Positions 1-6,938 of a stretch of 64,000 bases of DNA are shown in pieces. The stretch covers positions 1,871-65,870 of the forward strand of contig JAEDLK010000005.1 in the NCBI GenBank assembly GCA_016295355.1. Reading direction: 5' to 3'. The number at the start of each line of letters is the position of its first letter. The stretch's first letter is position 1. The notes beneath the pieces were generated by a model, which did not search any database, was not told where the DNA came from, and worked only from the letters and a program-made list of their open reading frames with translations. The translations under genes and the position numbers were made by a program. This stretch comes from Clostridiaceae bacterium. GTDB taxonomy: Bacteria; Bacillota; Clostridia; Oscillospirales; Acutalibacteraceae.

Positions 1-850
1 TCTTCAATGCGTCCAAGGACTTTTGCTTACCGCCGTACAGACCCATCGGTTCTACATGGATAGCTGCCACGGAAACCAGGTGTGTCTTGTTTTCGGCGTT
101 AAAGTCATCCAAATACGGCACATGCTGGAAGTAGTTGGCATCAACCGTACCGTCCTCAACAACGTTATTCGGAACAACATAATCGTTATATTCCTGAATA
201 TCCAAGGTAATGTTCTTGGCCGACAGAATCTCCTTTGCCAGCTTCAAAATCTCAGCATGGGGTGTGGGAGAAGCGGCCACGCTGATGGTGGTGCCGGACA
301 AAGCGGCATAATCGACCGAATCATCATAGCCGTTACCGGGGTTCGCAACCACGCTGACCACGGCGCCGCCGTACTGATTGGTGATATAATCGGCAACGGT
401 TTTGCTGGACAACGCTGCAATCAAAGCCTTAATCTTGGGGGTAGCCTCATTGCCGGCCTTAACAGCCAAAATGTTACCGTAAGCGGAGGCAGAACCTTCA
501 ATTACCAAAGACTGCTTAACCGGATTAAGCCCGGCGTTGATGGCATAGTTGGAGTTGATGACGGCATAGTCGACATCCTGCAGCTGGCTGGGCAACTGAG
601 CAGCTTCGGTTTCAACAATTTCCACATTATAAGGATTCTCGACGATATCCAACTTGGTGGCGGTGATACCGGCGCCCTCTTTTAGCTTAATGATACCGTT
701 AGCCTCTAACAAAAGCAAGGCTCTGGCCTCGTTGGTGGTATCGTTGGGAACGGCAATTTGAATCTTGGCCGACTTGGAACCGCAACCGGCAAAAAGGGCA
801 ACTGTCAACAAAACGGCTAACAAACATGTGAACACTCTTACTTTTTTCAT
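1..850 (-). CDS. metQ: MetQ/NlpA-family methionine-binding lipoprotein (3' end runs off the window)
   Basis: Minus-strand ORF absent from the track because it leaves the window. ATG at 850. Signal peptide MKKVRVFTCLLAVLLTVALFAGC with lipobox. Family motifs IAVPNDTTNEARALLLL, ENPYNVEIVETEAAQLP and DANYFQHVPYL. Confidence 0.85.
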   Translation of the reverse strand, partial: MKKVRVFTCLLAVLLTVALFAGCGSKSAKIQIAVPNDTTNEARALLLLEANGIIKLKEGAGITATKLDIVENPYNVEIVETEAAQLPSQLQDVDYAVINSNYAINAGLNPVKQSLVIEGSASAYGNILAVKAGNEATPKIKALIAALSSKTVADYITNQYGGAVVSVVANPGNGYDDSVDYAALSGTTISVAASPTPHAEILKLAKEILSAKNITLDIQEYNDYVVPNNVVEDGTVDANYFQHVPYLDDFNAENKTHLVSVAAIHVEPMGLYGGKQKSLDALK

Positions 851-890
851 AATCATACGACCTTTCTTTTTTTAACATAAAACGATTCGT

Positions 891-953
891 TCAATAACAA
901 ATGAAAGATGTGTCCAAAGGACACATTCGCTCATGATATAAAAATCGTTTCAT
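891..953 (-). CDS. 20-codon sORF MKRFLYHERMCPLDTSFICY between the leader terminator and metQ (possibly regulatory)
   Basis: AAGGAG lies 8 nt upstream of the ATG at 953. The ORF encloses an 8-bp hairpin (908..926) followed by a U-rich tract. No homology evidence. Confidence 0.3.
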   Translation of the reverse strand: MKRFLYHERMCPLDTSFICY

Positions 954-980
954 AGCATTCTCTCCTTAAGAAAGTTTTAC

Positions 981-1012
981 AACAAAAATCGGGAAGCAAA
1001 ATGCTTCCCGAT
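981..1012 (-). terminator. Intrinsic terminator of the metQ leader
   Basis: Minus strand reads ATCGGGAAGC-ATTTT-GCTTCCCGAT (10-bp stem) followed by TTTTTGTTG. Confidence 0.7.
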
Positions 1013-1034
1013 CTCGTTTTGCTTTATGCGAGCC

Positions 1035-1142
1035 TTAGGCCACAGTCAAACAAGGAAAGCATTTTGAAAAATCTGCACGACGAAACATGCACATGGAACC
1101 CATGTACATACGCATCATCATAGAACGGCCTAACTTTTTCAT
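1035..1142 (-). CDS. 35-codon Met-rich leader peptide MKKLGRSMMMRMYMGSMCMFRRADFSKCFPCLTVA
   Basis: GAGGA RBS 8 nt upstream of the ATG at 1142. Seven ATG codons among codons 8-19 (1121..1086). Located between a consensus promoter and a terminator, upstream of metQ. Confidence 0.55.
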   Translation of the reverse strand: MKKLGRSMMMRMYMGSMCMFRRADFSKCFPCLTVA

Positions 1143-1175
1143 GTGGCTTTCCTCACTTTCTCAAGATTTTATGTC

Positions 1176-1204
1176 ATTGTAGCACAAAGCTCTTTGTCTG
1201 TCAA
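1176..1204 (-). promoter_or_regulatory. Sigma-A type promoter of the metQ leader
   Basis: Minus strand TTGACA (1204..1199), 17-nt spacer, TACAAT (1181..1176). Confidence 0.6.
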
Positions 1205-1368
1205 GCATTTTTTGGAAAAAATTCAAATTTGACGCATTGCAGCAAAGCAGCCCCCCCTGCTCTCCACCCCGATACCGGTGACAAACAAGGTGCCGGAACC
1301 GTCATACCGATGGATGGCATCAATGATAAAGAGATTATTATTCTTACTTGCATCCTTTTCGGGATTGA

Positions 1369-2058
1369 TTATGTTGTTTCTTCGGCTTTCTTCAAAGCCG
1401 GACGAATGGCCTCCATAAAGCGATCGGCAATTAGTTGCATACCCAAATCGCCCGGATGATTAAATCCACCGTGAGCATCCTCACGGTTGCGAATATCCTC
1501 AAGATTGATAAAGATGTCGCCGTACTGATCAGCCACAGCCTTCTTTTCGGCATCCAACACGGGACGGATATAAAAGCCCTGCGAAATAGCCACAACGGCC
1601 TTATTGTCGGGATTTAGATAATTCCGCAAATCCTCCACGGCCCGGCGGAAGGTCTTGGGAGGATTCTCCATGGTGTCATACTGCTTATCCACATTGGCCC
1701 CAAAGAACATAATGATGATGTCGGCTGCGAACTGACGGGCCAATTCATATCGGTCGGCCGGGGACATCTTGAAAAATTCCCATTCGTATCCTGCTACCTG
1801 CAAGATGGCAAATTCTGCCTTTGGATGACTTTTGAGAATTTCGGCCTGCATCAAATGAACATAATCCTTTTCAAGAGAAGAAGCACACATGCCGCAATCC
1901 CGATTCCAACCGACCTCGGGCTTGGGGGCGTGCTTGGTAATGGAGTTGCCCACAAACAGCACTCTGATACCACCCCTCTTCTTTCCGGGGAAAAAACTGC
2001 CGGGATTCTGATTGAGAACCGGGATGATATTTTCCTGAAAATCTTTCTTTTCATTCAT
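1369..2058 (-). CDS. SGNH/GDSL-family hydrolase
   Basis: Motifs VLFVGNSIT and GGFNHPGD. GGGGAG RBS 6 nt before the ATG at 2058. The track start at 2091 would overlap the upstream gene. Confidence 0.8.
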   Translation of the reverse strand: MNEKKDFQENIIPVLNQNPGSFFPGKKRGGIRVLFVGNSITKHAPKPEVGWNRDCGMCASSLEKDYVHLMQAEILKSHPKAEFAILQVAGYEWEFFKMSPADRYELARQFAADIIIMFFGANVDKQYDTMENPPKTFRRAVEDLRNYLNPDNKAVVAISQGFYIRPVLDAEKKAVADQYGDIFINLEDIRNREDAHGGFNHPGDLGMQLIADRFMEAIRPALKKAEETT

Positions 2059-2068
2059 ATTGACTCCC

Positions 2069-2779
2069 CTATTCCGCATTAAAAATTTCATCGGCTTCCT
2101 CGGCCGTTAATTTTCCGTAAGATACCATGCTGTCCAACACCTGACGATGGCGTTGCGCCGTCAGTGGTGTGTTGTTATCCGGTGAGTAAACGCTGGGAGC
2201 ATTTGGCAGTCCGGCCAAAAGGGTTGCCTGATGCGGTGTCAAATCAGACGGCGCAACCCCATAATAACCCATTGCCGCATCATAAAGACAATAATACCCA
2301 CTGCCGTAATAAATACTGTTGATATACACTTCCAAAATTTCGTCTTTGCTGAAACGCCTCTCAAGCTCAACCGACAAAAACAGCTCGCTGAATTTTCTCG
2401 TTAAAGACCGTTCCATGCCGAAATACAGATTTTTGGCCACCTGTTGAGTAATGGTACTGCCGCCCTCAACCAGATCGCCTCGTCTGATATTGGTGGCAAT
2501 TGCACGCAAAATGGACCAAACACTGAATGCACCGTGCTGATAATAGCGGTGATCCTCCACCGACACCACCGCCTCCTTATAGTAGGGCGGTAATTCGTCT
2601 ATGGTCACATAGTGCTCTTGATTTTTGATTTCTTCAAAGGCTGTTTCTACCGGTCTCTCTGCCACTGCCTGCCGGTAAATTCGATAGCCCGGCAAAGCAT
2701 ACCGCACGCCCACATAGCCGACCGCCAGCAAAATCATGCAGAGCAAAGCAAGCAGAATTCGTTTGATAACCTTTTTCAT
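2069..2779 (-). CDS. Monofunctional peptidoglycan glycosyltransferase (GT51)
   Basis: N-terminal TM helix. Motifs EDHRYYQH, GGSTITQQVAKN and RKFSE. At 236 aa it has no transpeptidase domain. Confidence 0.85.
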   Translation of the reverse strand: MKKVIKRILLALLCMILLAVGYVGVRYALPGYRIYRQAVAERPVETAFEEIKNQEHYVTIDELPPYYKEAVVSVEDHRYYQHGAFSVWSILRAIATNIRRGDLVEGGSTITQQVAKNLYFGMERSLTRKFSELFLSVELERRFSKDEILEVYINSIYYGSGYYCLYDAAMGYYGVAPSDLTPHQATLLAGLPNAPSVYSPDNNTPLTAQRHRQVLDSMVSYGKLTAEEADEIFNAE

Positions 2780-2798
2780 ACAATCCCCTATTTATGTA

Positions 2799-3299
2799 TC
2801 AGTAAGAGCGAATCGCCAGACTGTCATCGTCCTTGCCCTTGACAAGAGCGGTAATGACAGCGTGATAACCGCCGCCGTCCGTCTCAATATAGACCGTATC
2901 CCCGACCTTATGGCCCAGCAAGGCCTTACCAATGGGAGATTCACCGCTGACAATGTTTTCCATAACATCCTGCCGCATGGTGGTGGCCAGCCGAACCGTT
3001 TCCGGCTCATCCTCGTCCTGCGGCAAAAAGGTTACGGTATCAAACAGTCCCACGACATCAGACGGAGAATCATCGGTAACAATTACGGCGGTTTTAATCA
3101 TATTGCGCAAAAAGCGGATTCTGCTTTCATTTTTGCCCCGTTCTTGCTTAGCCGCATGGTATTCGGCGTTTTCGCTCAAATCACCGTGACTGCGGGCAAA
3201 CTTGACCTCCTCCAGTATACGAGGGCGCACCACCGAGATACGCCACTCCATTTCCTCGGTCATTTTTTGAATATCTACCTTTGTGAGTTCGTTATGCAT
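2799..3299 (-). CDS. greA: Transcription elongation factor GreA
   Basis: 166 aa. GDLSENAEYHAAK motif and a GreA C-terminal domain (SPIGKALLGHKVGD). Confidence 0.9.
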   Translation of the reverse strand: MHNELTKVDIQKMTEEMEWRISVVRPRILEEVKFARSHGDLSENAEYHAAKQERGKNESRIRFLRNMIKTAVIVTDDSPSDVVGLFDTVTFLPQDEDEPETVRLATTMRQDVMENIVSGESPIGKALLGHKVGDTVYIETDGGGYHAVITALVKGKDDDSLAIRSY

Positions 3300-3648
3300 T
3301 CTTTTGATCCTTCTTCTTTTTGACCATTGAGCCGACGAAGCCCGTTAACCCGGCCAACGGTTTGGAGCCGTCGGCCTTCGTCGGATGAAAGGACACCCGT
3401 CCGTTTTCAAACACCATATAGCAGACCGGCGTTTTTGTCACACCGGCTCCCGCACCGCCCGTCAAAGGAGTCGTGTCGGATTCGGCGTGTTCTATACCGG
3501 CTCCGGCAAAGCCGTACGACAGCTTATACACCGGTACCACACACACCCCGTCCACCGTGATGGTTTCACCGCACACGGAGTGGTCACGCAACGCCTTCTC
3601 GGCCATACCGGCCGTATCAAGAATCAGTTGATTGAGTTTGTTGTCCAT
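3292..3648 (-). CDS. ytfJ: Sporulation protein YtfJ (GerW family)
   Basis: Pattern VDGVCVVPVYKLSYGFAGAG...GGAGAGVTKTPVCYMVF matches YtfJ/GerW. Internal ATG at 3648 chosen with an upstream AAGGAG. Confidence 0.8.
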   Translation of the reverse strand: MDNKLNQLILDTAGMAEKALRDHSVCGETITVDGVCVVPVYKLSYGFAGAGIEHAESDTTPLTGGAGAGVTKTPVCYMVFENGRVSFHPTKADGSKPLAGLTGFVGSMVKKKKDQKNA

Positions 3649-4240
3649 GCTGAACCTTATCTCCTTTTCGATGATTCTTTTGCGATAATATCCCACCGAC
3701 TGTCGCCACAAGAAACATCAGAATCCAAATCGGGCGAATGCTTGCTTTGCCGAAGCATTTCAGATCGGCCTTTTGCGTTTCGTAATCGCACCAAATGCAA
3801 ACCTCGTCCATGGGAAGCCTCACCACCCCGTTAATGGCGGAAAGAAGGGGGTAGACCACGCCGCAGACAGTGCCGTATTCCAGCGCCGTCACGGCCGCAT
3901 CGGCCTCGCTCACCTTAATTTGAAGCGCAAAACGATGAACATGGACGTGTTGAAGCAATCGTTTAAGTCGGAGCAGCCACCCACGCACCTGCCCGGCCAA
4001 TAATTTCACGGTTTCAAGCAGTTTCTGCTTGGCACCGCGTTCTTCTTTTTCCTTTACCGGTTCTTTTTTCTCTTTTTTCTTTGAGAGAACAGCCGATTGC
4101 CCACCGATTCGATACGATAGAAACAAATACCGTACCCGGCCGGTCAAGCCGTTTTCCGGCGTATAATGCCACTCAAGCGACGCCGGAATCAACGGCAATG
4201 CCAAAAGCAAAAGAACCAAAGGCAGCCACCATAGTTTCAT
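3617..4240 (-). CDS. DUF2953 (YtfI-like) sporulation-associated membrane protein
   Basis: Signal/TM N-terminus and a Lys/Glu-rich linker. Sits immediately upstream of ytfJ, as in the Bacillus ytfI-ytfJ arrangement. Family assignment is from memory. Confidence 0.6.
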   Translation of the reverse strand: MKLWWLPLVLLLLALPLIPASLEWHYTPENGLTGRVRYLFLSYRIGGQSAVLSKKKEKKEPVKEKEERGAKQKLLETVKLLAGQVRGWLLRLKRLLQHVHVHRFALQIKVSEADAAVTALEYGTVCGVVYPLLSAINGVVRLPMDEVCIWCDYETQKADLKCFGKASIRPIWILMFLVATVGGILSQKNHRKGDKVQHGQQTQSTDS

Positions 4241-4479
4241 GCGTTTCTCCTAAACACTCTTTCCCGTGCCGTTCGGTTTCTTTCATCGTTATTGACCGTC
4301 CGACACCCTTTTATACATATTTTCCGAAAAAACAATTCACCGATATGAAGACCATGATTCTCTTTTTTCGTTACATTAAACAAAATCAAATTATCTTTTA
4401 TTGATAGGTTTATTTTATCATATTAGAGGTTGAATTACAACCTCTTTTCCCCTTGGGAGCCGTAAAAAATCAAAGTCGG

Positions 4480-4508
4480 TTGACGAACGTCATGAAATGG
4501 AGTAAAAT
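4480..4508 (+). promoter_or_regulatory. Promoter of the pfkB-family kinase gene
   Basis: TTGACG (4480..4485), 17-nt spacer, TAAAAT (4503..4508). Confidence 0.5.
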
Positions 4509-4544
4509 AGAATCAGCTAATCCCCGTCGAAAGGAGAAACGGGT

Positions 4545-5477
4545 TTGAAAAGAATCACAACTCTAACGCTGAATCCCGCCTTTGACTTACACTGTCAATG
4601 TGCGAGTTTTGATGTCGGCCAAGAAAACTATGCCGGTTCGATTTCCCGTTTTTTGGGAGGTAAAGGAATCAATGTGTCCCGTGCCTTGACGGTCAACGGC
4701 ATTAACAATACCGCTGTGGCGGTTTTGGGAGAGGAAAACGCCTCCTCTTTTTTGGAAATGGCCGGAAATGAGCATTTATCGGTGCGCCCGATCCCCGTGC
4801 CCGGGTGTATTCGCGAAAATCTGACCATTCATCAAGCCAACGGCATTGAAACACGATTGAGCTTTGACAGTTTTTCATGTGCGGATACGGTACTTGATGA
4901 AGTTTACCGAATCTTAAAACCGAACGATCGTGCAGTTGTGGTCTTCAGCGGCCGACTCCCCGGCGGCGTTTCTACGCAAAAAACACTGGACTTTTTATCC
5001 CGCATTATGCGCTCGGGAGCTTTTTTGGCGGTAGACAGCAACTCCTTCTCCTTAGAAGATCTCATCACCTTAAAGCCTTCCTTAATCAAGCCAAATGAGG
5101 CAGAGCTGGCCGCCTTCGGGCTACCGGCTGATACCGACGAAGTCTGCCTATCCTCTGCCAAGCGTCTGCACGAAAGCGGTATTGACTATGTTTTAATCAG
5201 CCGTGGCCATAAGGATGGTTGCTTTGCCGGAAAAGACGGCCTTTTCCGCATTCGGCCGGCCGCCATTCGCCCTTTGTCCACCATCGGTGCCGGTGACAGC
5301 ACCATTGCCGGTTTCTTGGCCGGCTTCACAAATGGGCAATCCATACAGGACTGTTTGAAAACAGCCTTCGCCTTCGGCAGTGCGGCCTGCTTAAAGGAAG
5401 GCACACTACCGCCCGATTCGGCTGACATTGCCCGATTGTTTGAACAAACGCAGATTATACCGGTCACCGCCATGTAA
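4545..5477 (+). CDS. 1-phosphofructokinase-family hexose-phosphate kinase (PfkB family)
   Basis: TLNPAFD, GGKGINVS and GAGDS motifs typical of FruK/LacC. TTG start preceded by AAAGGAG. Confidence 0.8.
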   Translation: MKRITTLTLNPAFDLHCQCASFDVGQENYAGSISRFLGGKGINVSRALTVNGINNTAVAVLGEENASSFLEMAGNEHLSVRPIPVPGCIRENLTIHQANGIETRLSFDSFSCADTVLDEVYRILKPNDRAVVVFSGRLPGGVSTQKTLDFLSRIMRSGAFLAVDSNSFSLEDLITLKPSLIKPNEAELAAFGLPADTDEVCLSSAKRLHESGIDYVLISRGHKDGCFAGKDGLFRIRPAAIRPLSTIGAGDSTIAGFLAGFTNGQSIQDCLKTAFAFGSAACLKEGTLPPDSADIARLFEQTQIIPVTAM

Positions 5478-5772
5478 GGCTTTCATTCAATATCTCCAAT
5501 TTTGCGATTTCAAGCCTTAAACGCTCATTTTCGGTAAGAGTTTTGCTTGTATGCCATGCAGCAAAAGGTTTTCCTGGATGTCCTTTAGGATTAAATGCAG
5601 CTTCGCCATATTGACCGTAATCCCTTAACCAATGACAGAGCATACTTCTGTCAGCATGATATTCTTTTTCAAGTATTCGTACAGACATATGTTCGTTCAA
5701 ACGTTTGCCGATGATTTCTCATGTTTGTTCTTTAGTCCATAATCGTCTTTTTTGTCCTTTTTTCATTTTCAT
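5464..5772 (-). pseudogene. IS3-family transposase OrfA remnant (in-frame TGA, no OrfB)
   Basis: MKMKKGQKRRLWTKEQT-TGA(5721..5719)-EIIGKRLNEHMSVRILEKEYHADRSMLCHWLRDYGQYGEAAF...ENERLRLEIAKLE resembles the IS3/IS150 OrfA HTH-leucine zipper. No catalytic ORF follows, and its end overlaps the pfkB stop region. Confidence 0.7.
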
Positions 5773-5803
5773 GCCTCCCCATTATATTGTAGCATAAGAA
5801 AAA

Positions 5804-5843
5804 GGTAGATACATGGTGGTTTTCCATGTGTCTACCTTTTTTT
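5804..5843. terminator. Bidirectional hairpin terminator
   Basis: GGTAGATACATGG-7 nt-CCATGTGTCTACC (13 bp with one G-U). An A-run precedes it and a T-run follows. Confidence 0.6.
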
Positions 5844-5880
5844 ACTATTGCAAGTTCAACGATCGCGTGGTTTTCGTTAT

Positions 5881-5914
5881 ACAATAAACCGACGCCAAAG
5901 AGAATCGGCGTCGG
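5881..5914 (-). terminator. Terminator downstream of the GH16 gene
   Basis: CCGACGCC/GGCGTCGG stem just after the stop at 5931, with TTTATTG following on the minus strand. Confidence 0.55.
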
Positions 5915-5930
5915 CTTGAAAAATGATCAT

Positions 5931-6812
5931 TTATTTCTTTTTGGCGGCCTCGGCTGCTGCAATTTCGTCTCCCAAATGAATTTCCTCCTTATCCGGATTC
6001 TGATACAGGCGAACCCAGTCAATATAGTAATCAATCGGCATATCCTTTTTATCGGTAATGCTCCAACCGTTGACAACCCAACTGCCCTTTGGGGAGAAGA
6101 ACTCATTGTTGAAGATGATGTAGGCAAAATCGTGAAAACCCTGCATGGTCGGCAGCTTCTCGGTGTCAAAGTCATCTTCCTCACGGATGCTGAAACAGGC
6201 ATACTGCTCTCCGTCAACATAGAAGCGAGTTTCTTCCTCGTTCCACTCAAAGGCATAGGTATGGAATTCATTGTTCAGATTCTCATAATCCTTAAACGTG
6301 TATTCCCAGGGAGAAACATTAGCGCTCAAGCTCGAATGTGTGTTATGACCCCACTTGTGCAAGGTACTGCCCAATTTATTAGGGCTGGAAAAAACCTCAA
6401 AAATATCAATCTCGGCCATGTAATCGGCCTTGGCGAACGGCGTGGCACTCTGCATCCAAAAGGACGGCCAAGCACCGAAACGAAACGGCACCTTTCCGTG
6501 CATTTCCAAATAACCGTACTTAAAGTTCATGGTCTTGGTTGTGGTCAAGCCCTCAGGCAGTGTGTATGGGAATTCCGGGTTGTCATCATTCCAAGAGGTG
6601 TGCATATGCAACAAACCGTTTTCAACCCGAACCTGTTCTTCCCCGTTATCATAGATACGATCCTTACCGCTCATGGTACGGTCAAAACACCATTTTGTCC
6701 GATCCAACGTTTCCTTGTCAAATTCGTCATGCCAGACAAGAACCCGTCCTTTTTTTTCGTAAGGGATGCCCATTGCCTCTGCTTCTTGCTTCATATCTTG
6801 TGTTTTCATCAT
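5931..6812 (-). CDS. Glycoside hydrolase family 16 (beta-glucanase/laminarinase-like), no signal peptide
   Basis: Catalytic EIDIFE motif and a WPSFW motif. AAGGAG lies upstream of the ATG ATG pair at 6812/6809. The N-terminus is hydrophilic. Confidence 0.8.
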   Translation of the reverse strand: MMKTQDMKQEAEAMGIPYEKKGRVLVWHDEFDKETLDRTKWCFDRTMSGKDRIYDNGEEQVRVENGLLHMHTSWNDDNPEFPYTLPEGLTTTKTMNFKYGYLEMHGKVPFRFGAWPSFWMQSATPFAKADYMAEIDIFEVFSSPNKLGSTLHKWGHNTHSSLSANVSPWEYTFKDYENLNNEFHTYAFEWNEEETRFYVDGEQYACFSIREEDDFDTEKLPTMQGFHDFAYIIFNNEFFSPKGSWVVNGWSITDKKDMPIDYYIDWVRLYQNPDKEEIHLGDEIAAAEAAKKK

Positions 6813-6938
6813 GATTCTCCTTTTGACTTGCATATTTATGAGGACCCGTCCTCTTGGTTAATCCTTCGCCGTTACGCCTACGGCCGACAAAAAGACGAAA
6901 GCCGCCTAAAAAGTCTCCCTTTGGCTTCAACGATTTAG

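Noticed and set aside
23-685. 220-aa plus-strand ORF at the window start
   Set aside because: It is the antisense shadow of the metQ-like gene. The minus strand carries clear MetQ/NlpA motifs and a lipoprotein signal peptide. The plus-strand translation has low complexity and no motifs.
851-1204. S-box (SAM-I) riboswitch or Met T-box upstream of metQ
   Set aside because: No GGTGGTACCGCG-like T-box sequence and no SAM-I core motifs are present. The region is better explained by the leader-ORF and terminator arrangement.
5826-6938. 370-aa plus-strand ORF
   Set aside because: It lies antisense to the GH16 gene, which has the catalytic EIDIFE motif and a good RBS. The plus-strand product has no recognisable features.
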